A stretch of DNA of 63,454 bases, the filler included, from Octopus bimaculoides (taxonomy: Eukaryota): the NCBI RefSeq assembly GCF_001194135.2. It is 6 parts of 6 records of this genome, joined end to end, with 100 filler letters (N's around TTAATTAATTAA, not from the genome) between each part and the next. Parts side by side here need not be neighbours in the genome. Positions count along the whole stretch, not along the records: positions 1 to 21,967 come from NC_068997.1; positions 22,068 to 32,750 come from NC_069004.1; 4 more parts are not named here. One strand, 5' to 3'. Below are positions 11,061 through 25,450 of the stretch, in pieces. The notes beneath the pieces were generated by a model. That model searched no databases. It saw only the letters and a list, made by a program, of their open reading frames with translations, and had not been told where the DNA came from. Numbering within the stretch: the first letter of the stretch is position 1; each line of letters starts with the position of its first letter. A program made the translations under genes and the position numbers.

Positions 11061-13328
11061 TATGCGTGTGCGTGCGTGTATGTGTGAGTATGTGTATGTG
11101 TCTATGTGTATGCTTATACATTCATTCAAGACAAATGTAATTTAGAACGTGTGTGTATGTGTGTGCATACGTATTCGCGTGTTCTCATGTATCTACCTGC
11201 ATATAACTTCTGCTGAAGTCTATAGACATGTATTTAGTTGTCTATAAATCAGTTTAACTACCAGAAAACATAGCTCTATCTGTTGCTCTCGCTGTTTCCA
11301 CGATCACATATACACTTTCTCCGCTTCTCTTCCTGTATATATACACGCGTAATCATAAATGTATCTACATATATATCCACACAGACACACACGCGCATAC
11401 ACATATATGTATGGATATATATGCATGTATATATACATATATATTTGTGCATCATTGTGTGACTATGTATGTTTGCATATAGTGTATATACATATGTGTG
11501 TATGTGTGTGTGCGTGTGTTTGAAGGTATTTCTATTGTGTCTATACTGGATGTATTAAAATAAAACAGTGGCCGAATCTTTAGCTATTATAAGGAATCTT
11601 ATGAATATTGTTCCTTCTAGAAAAAAAAAAAACTTGGACTAGTCTGGTCTATCCTGCACGGCAAAAACTGCAAAATTACTGTTTTTATTTTGCTTCAAAA
11701 CGCTCGCCAACGTTCATTTGGGTGTGAGGTAACCAGAATCAGGAAAACATGCAACCACAATGATGGCTTTGTATATGTCATTTGTTTTGTTTTAGAAATT
11801 GCATCGTTTATGACCGCTCCATATTATGCCCACACACACAAAAAACAAAAACTCCTTTTCGGAGTGACATTTTCCGCTGTCGTATATAGAGAGCGTGGGT
11901 CAAAATGGGTGAGTGAGACAAAATGAATAATATCTGAATTTTCGTTATTTTCTCCCTACCTGTTCGAAACCAATACATGGCAAGTATTGCATCGCCATTT
12001 TGTTTTGTTGTTTCATCTTGGGGAGTAAAATTTCGTTAGAATCGTTATTTTTGAAGCTGAGAGAGATTGAAACAGCTCACAGCTACACCTTTTTAAAATA
12101 AAGTTTTCCTCAAAGTTGAGGTTACTAATAAAATAACTGGATAATTATCGGCGTTGTACAATAAAGATTCCTTTCCTTGTTGGATATCAAGTCACCGCCA
12201 CCCACACACACACACTAACGTCTTATTCGATCATTTTCAATTTTGAGAAGATGGATGTCTAAGTGGAGCAAAATGAATAATGCCTAATTTTAATAATTTT
12301 TCCCCTTAACAGCTTATTGTGAAGATATATCTAGAATACAACCACACAAGCGAATCATGAAAACGCCATAGAGAATATATTTTATCTTGAGATTTCAGAT
12401 TTAGTCGAGTTTTGTTAATTTCATATCATGTGCGATTCTTCTAAGACCCTCTTTCATCTGACCTAATATTTTAAGCTCCTGTTGCTTTTCGCATCTGTTA
12501 TGTCTCAAGCTACTGCTATCTAGCACCTTCGGATGATCTCTACTCGACTGCTACACAACAGTCACTCAACTCTCTACCACGGTCAGACTACCTCTATTTA
12601 TATGTCTTGGGCGATCCTACTTCTTCGCTTTGGGGCGTCGACGCAGCATCATCTTTCTGATATCTTAGGACAGATATCGATGTGTATGAGTGTATTCCGA
12701 AATGTTTTTCTGGAAGATTGTGGAAGGAAATTTACCTGACTTTGTCTTACTTATTTTGCCCACCGAAATTTGTTTAAATGGTGAAAGAGAATGGAGTTGA
12801 TATTCTGAAGTAGTTTTCTGAATAGTTTATAGTGGTTTTAATGCATTTACAAAACGTGATACGGTTTAGCAAGGTAGTGTATATTAGTAAAAAAAATATA
12901 TTTTCACTCAAAATCAAAACTGCAGCAAATATTACTCATAATGCCCTATACCCTGCGTAAGTACATATATATAAATATGATAATACAGACATGTTTGTAT
13001 ATGTGTATGTGTATGTGTGTGTGTACATATTTATACACGTATTCACATATATATGTGTGCGTATGTGACGTCTGTGTGTATTTTGCGTGCGGTGTGCGGT
13101 GTGTGTGTGTGTGTGTGTGTGTATTTTCTGTGTCTGTATGTGTATCTGTGAATGCGCGCGCGTGTGCATTTATGTATATACGTAAGTATGTTTGTAGCTA
13201 TGTACATAAGTATTATTTGTGGATTCTTCAATCGACCACGTAATTAGGTTAGTGTTTTAATATTGACATATTGAGTAATTACTGGCAATGTACGTATAAT
13301 GTAAATGTAATAGGCTTTGAAATATATA

Positions 13329-13405
<77 letters not shown>

Positions 13406-13774
13406 CTGACTGCGCGTGACTTTTGTTTATCATTAAAATAAACCGACTTCCTTCAAAAGTACATTCTTTGAAATTAAAAATATAATCAAATCTAGTGGCA
13501 TATAATTTGACGTTAAATACACTGAAACAACGCCTCTGGGTTATTCCTTTGTTGCACTCAGAAAAATAATTGATATATTTTAATAATTATTCATTGTAAA
13601 TAGTTACGCACCAGTCATTTTTGTCTCTGGAAATGAACGTTTTTAAACGAAGTGGAATAGTAATAGTTGGGGACACGAAACTGGACGGAAATAAAATTAA
13701 CAGGAAGTTTCTTAGTTATTAGGAATTTAATTTTTATTAACAAAGTCGTGGAAAGACCCCACAGTCAAAGTTTC

Positions 13775-14010
13775 GAATCTCTCATGACGAAACACCGTCT
13801 GCGATGGTCAGGGCAATGTAGCAAGAATGAATGAGTCAAGGTTCCCGTCTCAAGCCTTATTCGGTGTACTCACTTCAGGGAAAAGACTACTTTGTTAGAA
13901 GATACAAGGACCAACTCAAAGTATCATTGAATGCTACTGGAATTGAGCGTGAATCGTTTGAAACACAAGTCCGAGATTGTACCAAGTCGCGGAGTTCCAT
14001 TGCAACGACG
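13775..14010 (+). mobile_element. RTE/BovB-type LINE reverse transcriptase C-terminal fragment (frameshifted)
   Basis: KHRLRWSG..VARMNESRFPSQALFGVLTSGKR..RRYKDQLKVSLNATGIERESFETQVRD resembles the RTE LRWAGHV.RM...R.PK..L.G.L..GKR....KRYKD.LK motif series. Confidence 0.75.
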
Positions 14011-14162
14011 AGTTTTTTTGTTTTTTTTTATTCGCGAAAGCCCTTAAAGCGTCCGATAGAATTCATTGCAGTGTCTCGTTTCTGCACTTCACGTAGTCAC
14101 TCTAAAACACGATGTGGTTAATTCTACCTTTCATTATATAAAGGTCGATAAATAAAATAATC

Positions 14163-14268
14163 TTTCCTAATCTAGGCACAAGGCCGGAAGTTTTTGGGAA
14201 GGGGGCCAGTCGATTAGATCGACCTCAGCATGCAACTGGTACTTAATTTATTGATCCCGAAAGGATGA
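14163..14268 (-). mobile_element. SINE family B 3' fragment
   Basis: CTAGGCACAAGGCC...GTCGATTAGATCGACC...CTGGTACTTAATTTATTGATCCCGAAAGGATGAA. Confidence 0.75.
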
Positions 14269-16206
14269 ATAACTTTAGGCCTAAATATCTTTAGACCCTG
14301 TATATCTAATAGATGAGTTAAGACTTCGTCCCTATTAGTGACAATATTTATGACTAATTCTTCATTGTGTGGTGAGGAAGAAATTATAATTACAGATGCG
14401 ATCCTGTCATCTCACATTATTAGAACTCAGTTGAACATGTGGGTCTAGATAAACACAAATATAGCATAATCACGGATCAATATCAAGGCTGACCTAGTGC
14501 TGAATATATATATAAAACACCTCAGATAGTATAAATAAACTGGAAAAGTAGAAAGTGGAACTCAGCCAGGTAACTTAGTCTACTTTCCGCCAGTGATCTA
14601 AGAACTATGTAGCGAGGGCGTTACGAGCTGTCATATGCTCCACTGTATTTTAAGCAGCCACCGGCTAGACACTTCAAAACACAAAAACCTATTTGTTTAA
14701 ACTATTAAAAATTTGATGTTCTGGATGTTTGAACGTGCATATCTGTGGCTAATAACTTGTCTTGAATTTATTCATAGTTATTCCGGCAAAGGATTCCGTA
14801 GGTGACAATAAATGATTTCAAAAAGTAGCTATTGTTCAGCAGAAAGTTAGTGGCAGTAAGACAGTTGCATGTAGGGCAAACATGGTATGGTATAGTAAAT
14901 GGAAAGGCAGTTTGATTGGGGGTACTTGACTAAACAATTAAAATCGTAAGGAACAAAACTGCCGTACAATAGAAACACACAAACACACACATATAAACAT
15001 ACTTACATGTATAAATCTATATACTGTAGAGGTGTGTATATATATAAAAAAATGTCATGTATAAAGAAAGTGATATATATATAAAAGTCTGAGAGAAGGA
15101 AAAGAATTGTCCGAGACAAACGAATCTTTGTACGTATTGAACATGCACACATATATGTATATCTCAGATGTTCATAGACGCATTCTGAAATATATGCAAT
15201 GAAATAGAATAAAAACTCAGGTAAATAATTTTACAATAAAATTTATTCGAAAAACAAGAATGAATTCAGTATAATTAAGTACATAAATTCTTTATTGAAT
15301 AATATACAAGTTTGCCAGCTGTAACACTGAACCCCCGATGAACTCATATCTGTTATATAAATGTGTGGCTGTATTGTAAACCATATGGTTCTCAACCCCA
15401 TGATCCAGGTTGGACAGGGGTCTTTTGCTGTAGCCCCGTACCTTGTGAATGAATATAACAGAAACTGAAAATAGATTGTCATATACATACACAGGCTTAA
15501 ATGTATATNNNNNNNNNNNNNNNNNNNNNNNNNNNNNNNNNNNNNNNNNNNNNNNNNNNNNNNNNNNNNNNNNNNNNNNNNNNNNNNNNNNNNNNNNNNN
15601 NNNNNNNNNNNNNNNNNNNNNNNNNNNNNNNNNNNNNNNNNNNNNNNNNNNNNNNNNNNNNNNNNNNNNNNNNNNNNNNNNNNNNNNNNNNNNNNNNNNN
15701 NNNNNNNNNNNNNNNNNNNNNNNNNNNNNNNNNNNNNNNNNNNNNNNNNNNNNNNNNNNNNNNNNNNNNNNNNNNNNNNNNNNNNNNNNNNNNNNNNNNN
15801 NNNNNNNNNNNNNNNNNNNNNNNNNNNNNNNNNNNNNNNNNNNNNNNNNNNNNNNNNNNNNNNNNNNNNNNNNNNNNNNNNNNNNNNNNNNNNNNNNNNN
15901 NNNNNNNNNNNNNNNNNNNNNNNNNNNNNNNNNNNNNNNNNNNNNNNNNNNNNNNNNNNNNNNNNNNNNNNNNNNNNNNNNNNNNNNNNNNNNNNNNNNN
16001 NNNNNNNNNNNNNNNNNNNNNNNNNNNNNNNNNNNNNNNNNNNNNNNNNNNNNNNNNNNNNNNNNNNNNNNNNNNNNNNNNNNNNNNNNNNNNNNNNNNN
16101 NNNNNNNNNNNNNNNNNNNNNNNNNNNNNNNNNNNNNNNNNNNNNNNNNNNNNNNNNNNNNNNNNNNNNNNNNNNNNNNNNGAGATAGGTATATACATAC
16201 ATACAT

Positions 16207-16237
<31 letters not shown>

Positions 16238-16238
16238 T

Positions 16239-16273
<35 letters not shown>

Positions 16274-16779
16274 TAGATATGCACGTATATATATAGTTAT
16301 ATTTATTTTATTTATTTATGTGTTTCAGCCAAGTGGTTGCGGTCATGCTGGTGCACCACCGTGTGTATTTATGTAAGTCTGAGTATATACGTATGGATAT
16401 ATGTATGTATGTATATACATATAGCCACATACACCTTCATGCACCAGTACATGTCGTGCACAGATTCATACAGATATGTGTATGACAAGAGATGACAAGA
16501 GTTCAATATAGGAGAGGACTACTAGTTTTTTTGCGTTACGTTCACTTGATCGCCATATTATTACCTCTCCCCTTATGTATATATATATATAAGTGTGTGT
16601 ATGTATGTATGTATATGTATATATATATATATATATGTATGTATATTCATAGTCGTATATATACTTACATAAACTTACATGCATAAACGAACGCATTCAA
16701 TGTTGCATACAGATATATCGTCTACTAAATTTTCCCCACTTTCTCTGTCACAGTCAATATCTATCTATCTATCTACCTA

Positions 16780-16795
16780 TCCATCTATGTTTCTG

Positions 16796-16872
<77 letters not shown>

Positions 16873-16986
16873 TTACCCGTCCGTCATCTCTCTCTCCCTT
16901 ATTTTATTTGTGTCTCCGTGTCTCCTTCATTTCTCTCTCTCTCTCTCTCTCTCTCATACGCATACCCACGAACACACACAAACTCT

Positions 16987-17060
<74 letters not shown>

Positions 17061-17764
17061 TTTCCTTTCCTACAATACCACTGATGCCGCCGTCGCAGAC
17101 CATAATCTAAAGCATACGACTACAATGTCCCTACCTACCGGCGGCAAAGCAGCTTCACTTGACGTGTACATTGTTTCACGGCTGACTACTCCCTCAGGCG
17201 TTCGACATGTTAGTAATTTGCACCAGTTGCAGCTATTAATTAACTCATGTCAAGCAAAGGCATATAATCGCCGCTACTCATTACCGTTAGTGTACACCGA
17301 AGATATTTATATACCAACATTGACTTCCACGCGTCCATTATCATCTCCCTGTTTTTGAGTGTGTTTCTTACCTCACACACAGTTCAAATGTTTGTCTACT
17401 TGTCTCTGTCCTTCAAAACCTGCCTCTTTAAATATCGAAGCGAACTCCCTCTATATCTTTCTCTTCCCTACTCTCTCTCTATCTCTCTCTCTCTCTCTAT
17501 CGCATTTTCTCTATCTCTCTCTCTTTCTCTTTCTTTCTCCGCCTCTTTCTCTCTCCGTCTCTCTCTCTCTCTCTCGTTTCTCACAATCTCTTGCGTTTCC
17601 CATTTTTAGTTCCCATTTTCCCCACAATCTTTCTTTTGTCAATGCTATACTTCCTCTCTTTCTCTCTCTCTCTCGCTCTCTCTTTTCTTACTCTCTCCCT
17701 CAATCTCTTCGTGTCTCTCTCATTCCTTCTCTCTCATAAGCACACACATACGCTCCTCTCTCTA

Positions 17765-17829
<65 letters not shown>

Positions 17830-18327
17830 TCCCAAATTTCTCTGTCTGTCTCTTCTCCTTCGCTTCCTCTCACTTTCCCTTTTCTCTCCTCTATCCTTTC
17901 CTCTCTCTCTCCCACCACTTCATTCTTATCTAAGTCTGCTCCATTCGCTCAATCTGCTTCAAAATCTTCCTCTCTGTTTCAAAATCTCGCTCTCTCACCT
18001 GTTTCTCTCACCGTTTCCCCCTCTGTCTCTCTCTATTTCTCCCTCTGCCCTCATGCACCTCATGCCCCTTCTCTTGCTACCACTTTTACTCACACGTCCA
18101 CTCCCGCGGAACTACTCTTTCTTCTATCTTTGCAATTACCCTTGTCTTCCTATTTTTTTCTTCCACACCATCTTATTCAAACTTTCGCCCTTTCTCACGT
18201 CCTCTCTCACTGCTTGCTGATCACCGTGTTTTCCTTGGGGGGCTGCAATGTTCTGCATGCTTATATGTACATGTAATTATAGGAGAGTCTGTCTTTTGTT
18301 TTCCATATCGAATCTCTACCTGCCTGC

Positions 18328-18384
<57 letters not shown>

Positions 18385-18402
18385 CATCTATCTATCTATC
18401 TT

Positions 18403-18433
<31 letters not shown>
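16780..18433. repeat. Compound (CTAT)n/(CA)n/(CT)n low-complexity block
   Basis: Direct inspection; source of the SLSL/HTHT ORFs. Confidence 0.9.
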
Positions 18434-19655
18434 NNNNNNNNNNNNNNNNNNNNNNNNNNNNNNNNNNNNNNNNNNNNNNNNNNNNNNNNNNNNNNNNNNN
18501 NNNNNNNNNNNNNNNNNNNNNNNNNNNNNNNNNNNNNNNNNNNNNNNNNNNNNNNNNNNNNNNNNNNNNNNNNNNNNNNNNNNNNNNNNNNNNNNNNNNN
18601 NNNNNNNNNNNNNNNNNNNNNNNNNNNNNNNNNNNNNNNNNNNNNNNNNNNNNNNNNNNNNNNNNNNNNNNNNNNNNNNNNNNNNNNNNNNNNNNNNNNN
18701 NNNNNNNNNNNNNNNNNNNNNNNNNNNNNNNNNNNNNNNNNNNNNNNNNNNNNNNNNNNNNNNNNNNNNNNNNNNNNNNNNNNNNNNNNNNNNNNNNNNN
18801 NNNNNNNNNNNNNNNNNNNNNNNNNNNNNNNNNNNNNNNNNNNNNNNNNNNNNNNNNNNNNNNNNNNNNNNNNNNNNNNNNNNNNNNNNNNNNNNNNNNN
18901 NNNNNNNNNNNNNNNNNNNNNNNNNNNNNNNNNNNNNTATATATATATATATATATATGTATATGCATGCAGAGATACATACTCGTGTGCGTGCGTGTGT
19001 GTGTGCATGTGTTCCTATGTCTGTACGTCTGTGCATGTGTGTATATGTTTATGTGGTGTGTTTGTCAGTGTGCGACTGCCTTTGTTTTTATTTCATATCA
19101 ATCCCATATACAGTTCCTTTGCTCCTTTACACCTAGCTACAATAATATTGGTGTTGCTTCCATTCGATCGGACTTTGCATTGAGAACTTTTTTCGAATCA
19201 CCATCAGCCATATTACAATTACAGCTATGTCATTTTTAATTTGCCAATAATAACATATGTTGTATTTAATTCTGAATATTAATTGCGATTTCAAATATAA
19301 TTAGCTGACAATGACAACAAACAGCCAAACATTAGATACAGCTTCATACGTAATAATCTACGCAAACACACACAAAAAGAAAAATTATTATATACATATA
19401 TTGGGTGGGGTTCGAACTGTGCATTTTCCCTAGATTTCATCTGATGCATTACGCCTCCTTTGCTTACCTCATCGGCATAAAGAAATAGACAGAATATGTA
19501 CCTGTCGGTAAAGAAATAGTCTTGGGTAAATCTTTATGACGAGACACATTAAGACATATATACGAGTGTGTGTGCGTGTGTGTGTGTGTGTGTTTGTGAG
19601 TGTGTGAGTGTTTGGGTGGTGCACATGTGTGTGTATGTGTACATTTGTGTTAGTG

Positions 19656-19689
<34 letters not shown>

Positions 19690-19939
19690 ATTTTTTATAT
19701 GCATATGCAGATATATAAATGTGTGTGTGTTTATATATTTAAAAACCTACATACAAGAGTACACATACACACATACACACACGCATACACACATCATTCA
19801 CACGCGCACACAAAACACAAAGTTGTGTAAGTATTCCTGTGTTTTTGTCTACAAACATTGGTCCCTGTATTTATTTTTTTCATATACAATCTGCAAAAGT
19901 AATTATTATACACAAGCCTACTTAACTACATTTACATGC

Positions 19940-20116
19940 ACACATGCATATCTATACATACATATATACATATACATACATACACACACACATATATATA
20001 TCTGTGTGTGTGAGTGTGTGTATGTGTGTGTGTGTGTGTATGCATATATATAAACACATAGATTTATATATACTCATATATATATTTATAAACATATGTG
20101 TATATATATTATGTCA

Positions 20117-20169
<53 letters not shown>

Positions 20170-20198
20170 TAGATAGATAGATAGATAGNNNNNNNNNN

Positions 20199-20238
<40 letters not shown>

Positions 20239-20995
20239 GTAGATAGATTGATAGATAGATGGATAGATAGATAGATATTTTTCCATCTATCTATTTTTTC
20301 CTGCTTATCTATGAATCTATCTCTCTCTATATTTCTGTATACATGCATACATATTTTATTCAGTGCGGTATCTGGGGGATCCCCGTCTCAGCTATATATT
20401 TCCTTTTTTTTGTTGCTTCTTTTTTTTTTAAGCCTATCCTCCAGAAACCCTCATACCACACTCTTCACTCTCTCTACTGTACATTTTTATACATGCAAAA
20501 ATAAAAATTAAAAAAAAAATTCCGCTTCTCCTCCTCGTACTTCAACTAACATATCTCCACCTTCTCCTCCTCCTGTGCCTCCTCCTCCTCGCCCTTCGAC
20601 CTTGCAACCTCTCCCACTCACGCCATTCTCATTTCCTACTCTCTCTCTCACCTCTGTTTCTCTGTTTCTCTTCTCTCTCTCTCTCTCTTTCTCAGTTGAC
20701 ACTAATTCTTACCTTACACTAATACTCTAAATCAATGTTTCTTAATCAATGTATTGTGTTATTGCAATTTGCCCTCCCACTCTCTCTCTAGTCTTACTTA
20801 CATATTTTTCTGCTATCTTTCATTTTTGCAAAGACGCTATACGTCTTTCTATATACACTTCTTTCTCTGTTTAGATGTTTCCATCGCTCTATACCTTTCT
20901 TTATCTTTACTTAGATCTCTTTGTATGCTTATTGCAATTATGTATTCCACGTCTCTCACTAAGACAATTTCTTCATTACTTATCTCTCCCTTCTT

Positions 20996-21086
<91 letters not shown>

Positions 21087-21432
21087 TTATCCATATATAT
21101 GTATAAATATATATATATATATATATATATANNNNNNNNNNNNNNNNNNNNNNNNNNNNNNNNNNNNNNNNNNNNNNNNNNNNNNNNNNNNNNNNNNNNN
21201 NNNNNNNNNNNNNNNNNNNNNNNNNNNNNNNNNNNNNNNNNNNNNNNNNNNNNNNNNNNNNNNNNNNNNNNNNTACATGCATACATGCATACATATGTGG
21301 ATATATATATATGTATGTATATATACGTGTATATATACACAGAGAGAGGGTGGTAGAAATACATATGTATATAGAAATAATTCGATAGATAGATGACAGA
21401 TAGATAAATACCTAGCTAGGTAGCTAGCTAGC

Positions 21433-21499
<67 letters not shown>

Positions 21500-21500
21500 C
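19940..21500. repeat. Compound (TA)n/(GATA)n/(CT)n low-complexity block with gaps
   Basis: Direct inspection. Confidence 0.85.
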
Positions 21501-21914
21501 GGGACATATACAGATGTAAATATACCTACATTTGCTTCATTTTCATGTCATTGCACATACACTCAAACATGCACTTTCACCAAAGCTTTCCCTCTCACTC
21601 TCTGTCTCTCTATCTCTCCCTCTTTCTCTCTCACTTACTCACACACGTGCATACACACTGAGACCCAATACACATAGCTAGCTCTGCCCTTGACACTCGC
21701 AATCGGGTTTGACTCCTACTTGCGGTTTATGTTGATTTTTATACCTAGAAGTTCTCTCCTCTGCCACTTATGCGTATCTGTCACAGAATTATCTATATTT
21801 ATATCTTAACCTCCCTCAAATGTTTTTTTCTTTTCTCTCATCCCACTTTCTGTTTCTTTCTCCATCTGTGTATACAAACATAAGTACATTCATATCCATA
21901 ACTACCAATATATA

Positions 21915-21967
<53 letters not shown>

Positions 21968-22011
21968 NNNNNNNNNNNNNNNNNNNNNNNNNNNNNNNNN
22001 NNNNNNNNNNN

Positions 22012-22023
22012 TTAATTAATTAA
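22012..22023. other. Assembly linker TTAATTAATTAA inside a roughly 100-N gap (also at 32795, 55589, 59347, 61829)
   Basis: Identical 12-mer with stops in all six frames, flanked by N runs five times; artificial scaffold join marker. Confidence 0.9.
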
Positions 22024-22067
22024 NNNNNNNNNNNNNNNNNNNNNNNNNNNNNNNNNNNNNNNNNNNN

Positions 22068-22100
<33 letters not shown>

Positions 22101-22461
22101 TGTATGTATGTATGTATAAGATCCTGAGAAGGTAGAAAGACAGGCTATATCTAGTGCTGCATTCAACTTGCGATTTTGGTTCTCTGCACTGTCGGATTCC
22201 AGTCTTCAGGTATAGAAAATCTAGGTTTCACGAGGGTAAAACCGTTGCGTGGGTTTAGCGAACCAAATAAGAAGACAAGGAAATACTTCAGCCCTTCTTT
22301 ACTGATCAGTTACAATTATTTTTGTGCACCTACTCTGCTGTCGATGCCAGTTCACGTAAAATTCCAATTGAAAATTTACGTAATATTTGCTGTTTTAAAC
22401 ATTATAATGGCACTGCTTCAGACCCGTATGAAAGGTGTGCTCCTATATTGCGCGTACGCTT

Positions 22462-22537
<76 letters not shown>

Positions 22538-24045
22538 AGATTCGTTGTTGCTCGAAGTGCAAGTTATGATAGTGTCGAATCGCATAATATCCTATGTTAG
22601 TGCCGTCCTTAAAAGCGAGGGGCATATCGAATAATGATACGTAAGGTNNNNNNNNNNNNNNNNNNNNNNNNNNNNNNNNNNNNNNNNNNNNNNNNNNNNN
22701 NNNNNNNNNNNNNNNNNNNNNNNNNNNNNNNNNNNNNNNNNNNNNNNNNNNNNNNNNNNNNNNNNNNNNNNNNNNNNNNNNNNNNNNNNNNNNNNNNNNN
22801 NNNNNNNNNNNNNNNNNNNNNNNNNNNNNNNNNNNNNNNNNNNNNNNNNNNNNNNNNNNNNNNNNNNNNNNNNNNNNNNNNNNNNNNNNNNNNNNNNNNN
22901 NNNNNNNNNNNNNNNNNNNNNNNNNNNNNNNNNNNNNNNNNNNNNNNNNNNNNNNNNNNNNNNNNNNNNNNNNNNNNNNNNNNNNNNNNNNNNNNNNNNN
23001 NNNNNNNNNNNNNNNNNNNNNNNNNNNNNNNNNNNNNNNNNNNNNNNNNNNNNNNNNNNNNNNNNNNNNNNNNNNNNNNNNNNNNNNNNNNNNNNNNNNN
23101 NNNNNNNNNNNNNNNNNNNNNNNNNNNNNNNNNNNNNNNNNNNNNNNNNNNNNNNNNNNNNNNNNNNNNNNNNNNNNNNNNNNNNNNNNNNNNNNNNNNN
23201 NNNNNNNNNNNNNNNNNNNNNNNNNNNNNNNNNNNNNNNNNNNNNNNNNNNNNNNNNNNNNNNNNNNNNNNNNNNNNNNNNNNNNNNNNNNNNNNNNNNN
23301 NNNNNNNNNNNNNNNNNNNNNNNNNNNNNNNNNNNNNNNNNNNNNNNNNNNNNNNNNNNNNNNNNNNNNNNNNNNNNNNNNNNNNNNNNNNNNNNNNNNN
23401 NNNNNNNNNATATATATATATATATATATAATATAATATATTATACCGATATATACACATGCGTATATATATAATACTCAAGGATCGAGGTGTAGGAAGA
23501 AAGTTAGTAAATATAAAAAAAAACACCTTTCAGGGACAATAGTGGTTTATTGAGAAGGAAGGTTGTGGATCTTTTCGTATCGAAGTACGATAAACTGAGA
23601 AAAGTTCCTTTTATATTTCACAGCAGGCAACCAGGGTTGCCAGGTATGCGAATTAGAATACAAGAGTTAAGCAATGGAGTAGATAAGACCCGGTCTACAT
23701 ACGTTTCATAGCGAGCGGGAACCTCGGAAGTGGTAAATATCCAAGCGAGGTGTATACCGCAGGCTACGCTTCAAGCCAATGATATCTTGAATGAAAGTTC
23801 ACATTGTTGCAAGGAGTTTACTTGATAGCACATACAAGATTAATACGAGACTAGAAAAATAGCCAACAACCGATGAAGGGTCGTTTTTTATGCTGTTTGT
23901 TTTGTTTTCCATTTGTATTCTTTCGTTGTTCCAAAGAATAGTTCATGTTCCATGTACTCGCGTTTCGTGACGTCCTGTGTCCACATATGCATATATATAT
24001 TATATATATACGTATAGATATATGTCCATATACGTATGTATATAT

Positions 24046-24107
<62 letters not shown>

Positions 24108-24830
24108 NNNNNNNNNNNNNNNNNNNNNNNNNNNNNNNNNNNNNNNNNNNNNNNNNNNNNNNNNNNNNNNNNNNNNNNNNNNNNNNNNNNNNNNNNNNNN
24201 NNNNNNNNNNNNNNNNNNNNNNNNNNNNNNNNNNNNNNNNNNNNNNNNNNNNNNNNNNNNNNNNNNNNNNNNNNNNNNNNNNNNNNNNNNNNNNNNNNNN
24301 NNNNNNNNNNNNNNNNNNNNNNNNNNNNNNNNNNNNNNNNNNNNNNNNNNNNNNNNNNNNNNNNNNNNNNNNNNNNNNNNNNNNNNNNNNNNNNNNNNNN
24401 NNNNNNNNNNNNNNNNNNNNNNNNNNNNNNNNNNNNNNNNNNNNNNNNNNNNNNNNNNNNNNNNNNNNNNNNNNNNNNNNNNNNNNNNNNNNNNNNNNNN
24501 NNNNNNNNNNNNNNNNNNNNNNNNNNNNNNNNNNNNNNNNNNNNNNNNNNNNNNNNNNNNNNNNNNNNNNNNNNNNNNNNNNNNNNNNNNNNNNNNNNNN
24601 NNNNNNNNNNNNNNNNNNNNNNNNNNNNNNNNNNNNNNNNNNNNNNNNNNNNNNNNNNNNNNNNNNNNNNNNNNNNNNNNNNNNNNNNNNNNNNNNNNNN
24701 NNNNNNNNNNNNNNNNNNNNNNNNNNNNNNNNNNNNNNNNNNNNNNNNNNNNNNATCTACCCTGCACGCGTATTAGGTTTCCCCTCTTTAATATATGATA
24801 GATTACACATGCACACACACACGCACGTGC

Positions 24831-24863
<33 letters not shown>

Positions 24864-25084
24864 GCCACACGACAGACTCACCCCTTTCTCACCCGTTTTC
24901 AGGGAAATGTCTAAAGTTTGCTTTCCGTTATCTTCTCTTTATTGATTTATTTATTTATTTGTTTATTCCCTTTTGTCCAATTTGATCCGTTGTTGCCCAC
25001 CCGTAAAAACCACCCCTTATGCCCCCAGCCAACTCCTCCTTAATTTACGGCCATCAAGTACTGACAGCCTGATATCTACCCGAA

Positions 25085-25300
25085 AACGACACAAGAAACC
25101 CACTGAGTGATCGTTCGACCTGCTAGAAATAACAGCAAAAGCATCCTCATATCACACCTCAAGGTCTTATGACATATGAAGCAATGTAATCACATGCGAA
25201 AATGACGAAATGGTCACGGTTGGAATGCTTTTGATCATAAAGTTGCCGGATCAGAGTTCGCCCCGGATTAAAGAAACCAACAACAACGACAAAAACGATA
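25085..25300 (+). mobile_element. Old retroposon 3' fragment with (CAA)n tail
   Basis: TTCGACCTGCTAGAAATAACAGC...CACGGTTGGAATGCTTTTGATCATA...CAACAACAAC; related motifs at 25365-25400 and 32330-32365 (minus). Confidence 0.45.
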
Positions 25301-25450
25301 GTAATATCCACAGGCTGAAGGAACTCACGTGGAAACATTTATGTAGCTGCTTGACCTGTTAAAAATAGTTACCAAATATCTCTCAAATCACACAGAAATG
25401 CTCTGCATGCTTTCCTTTCATGCCGGAATACCCGCTTATATATATATATA

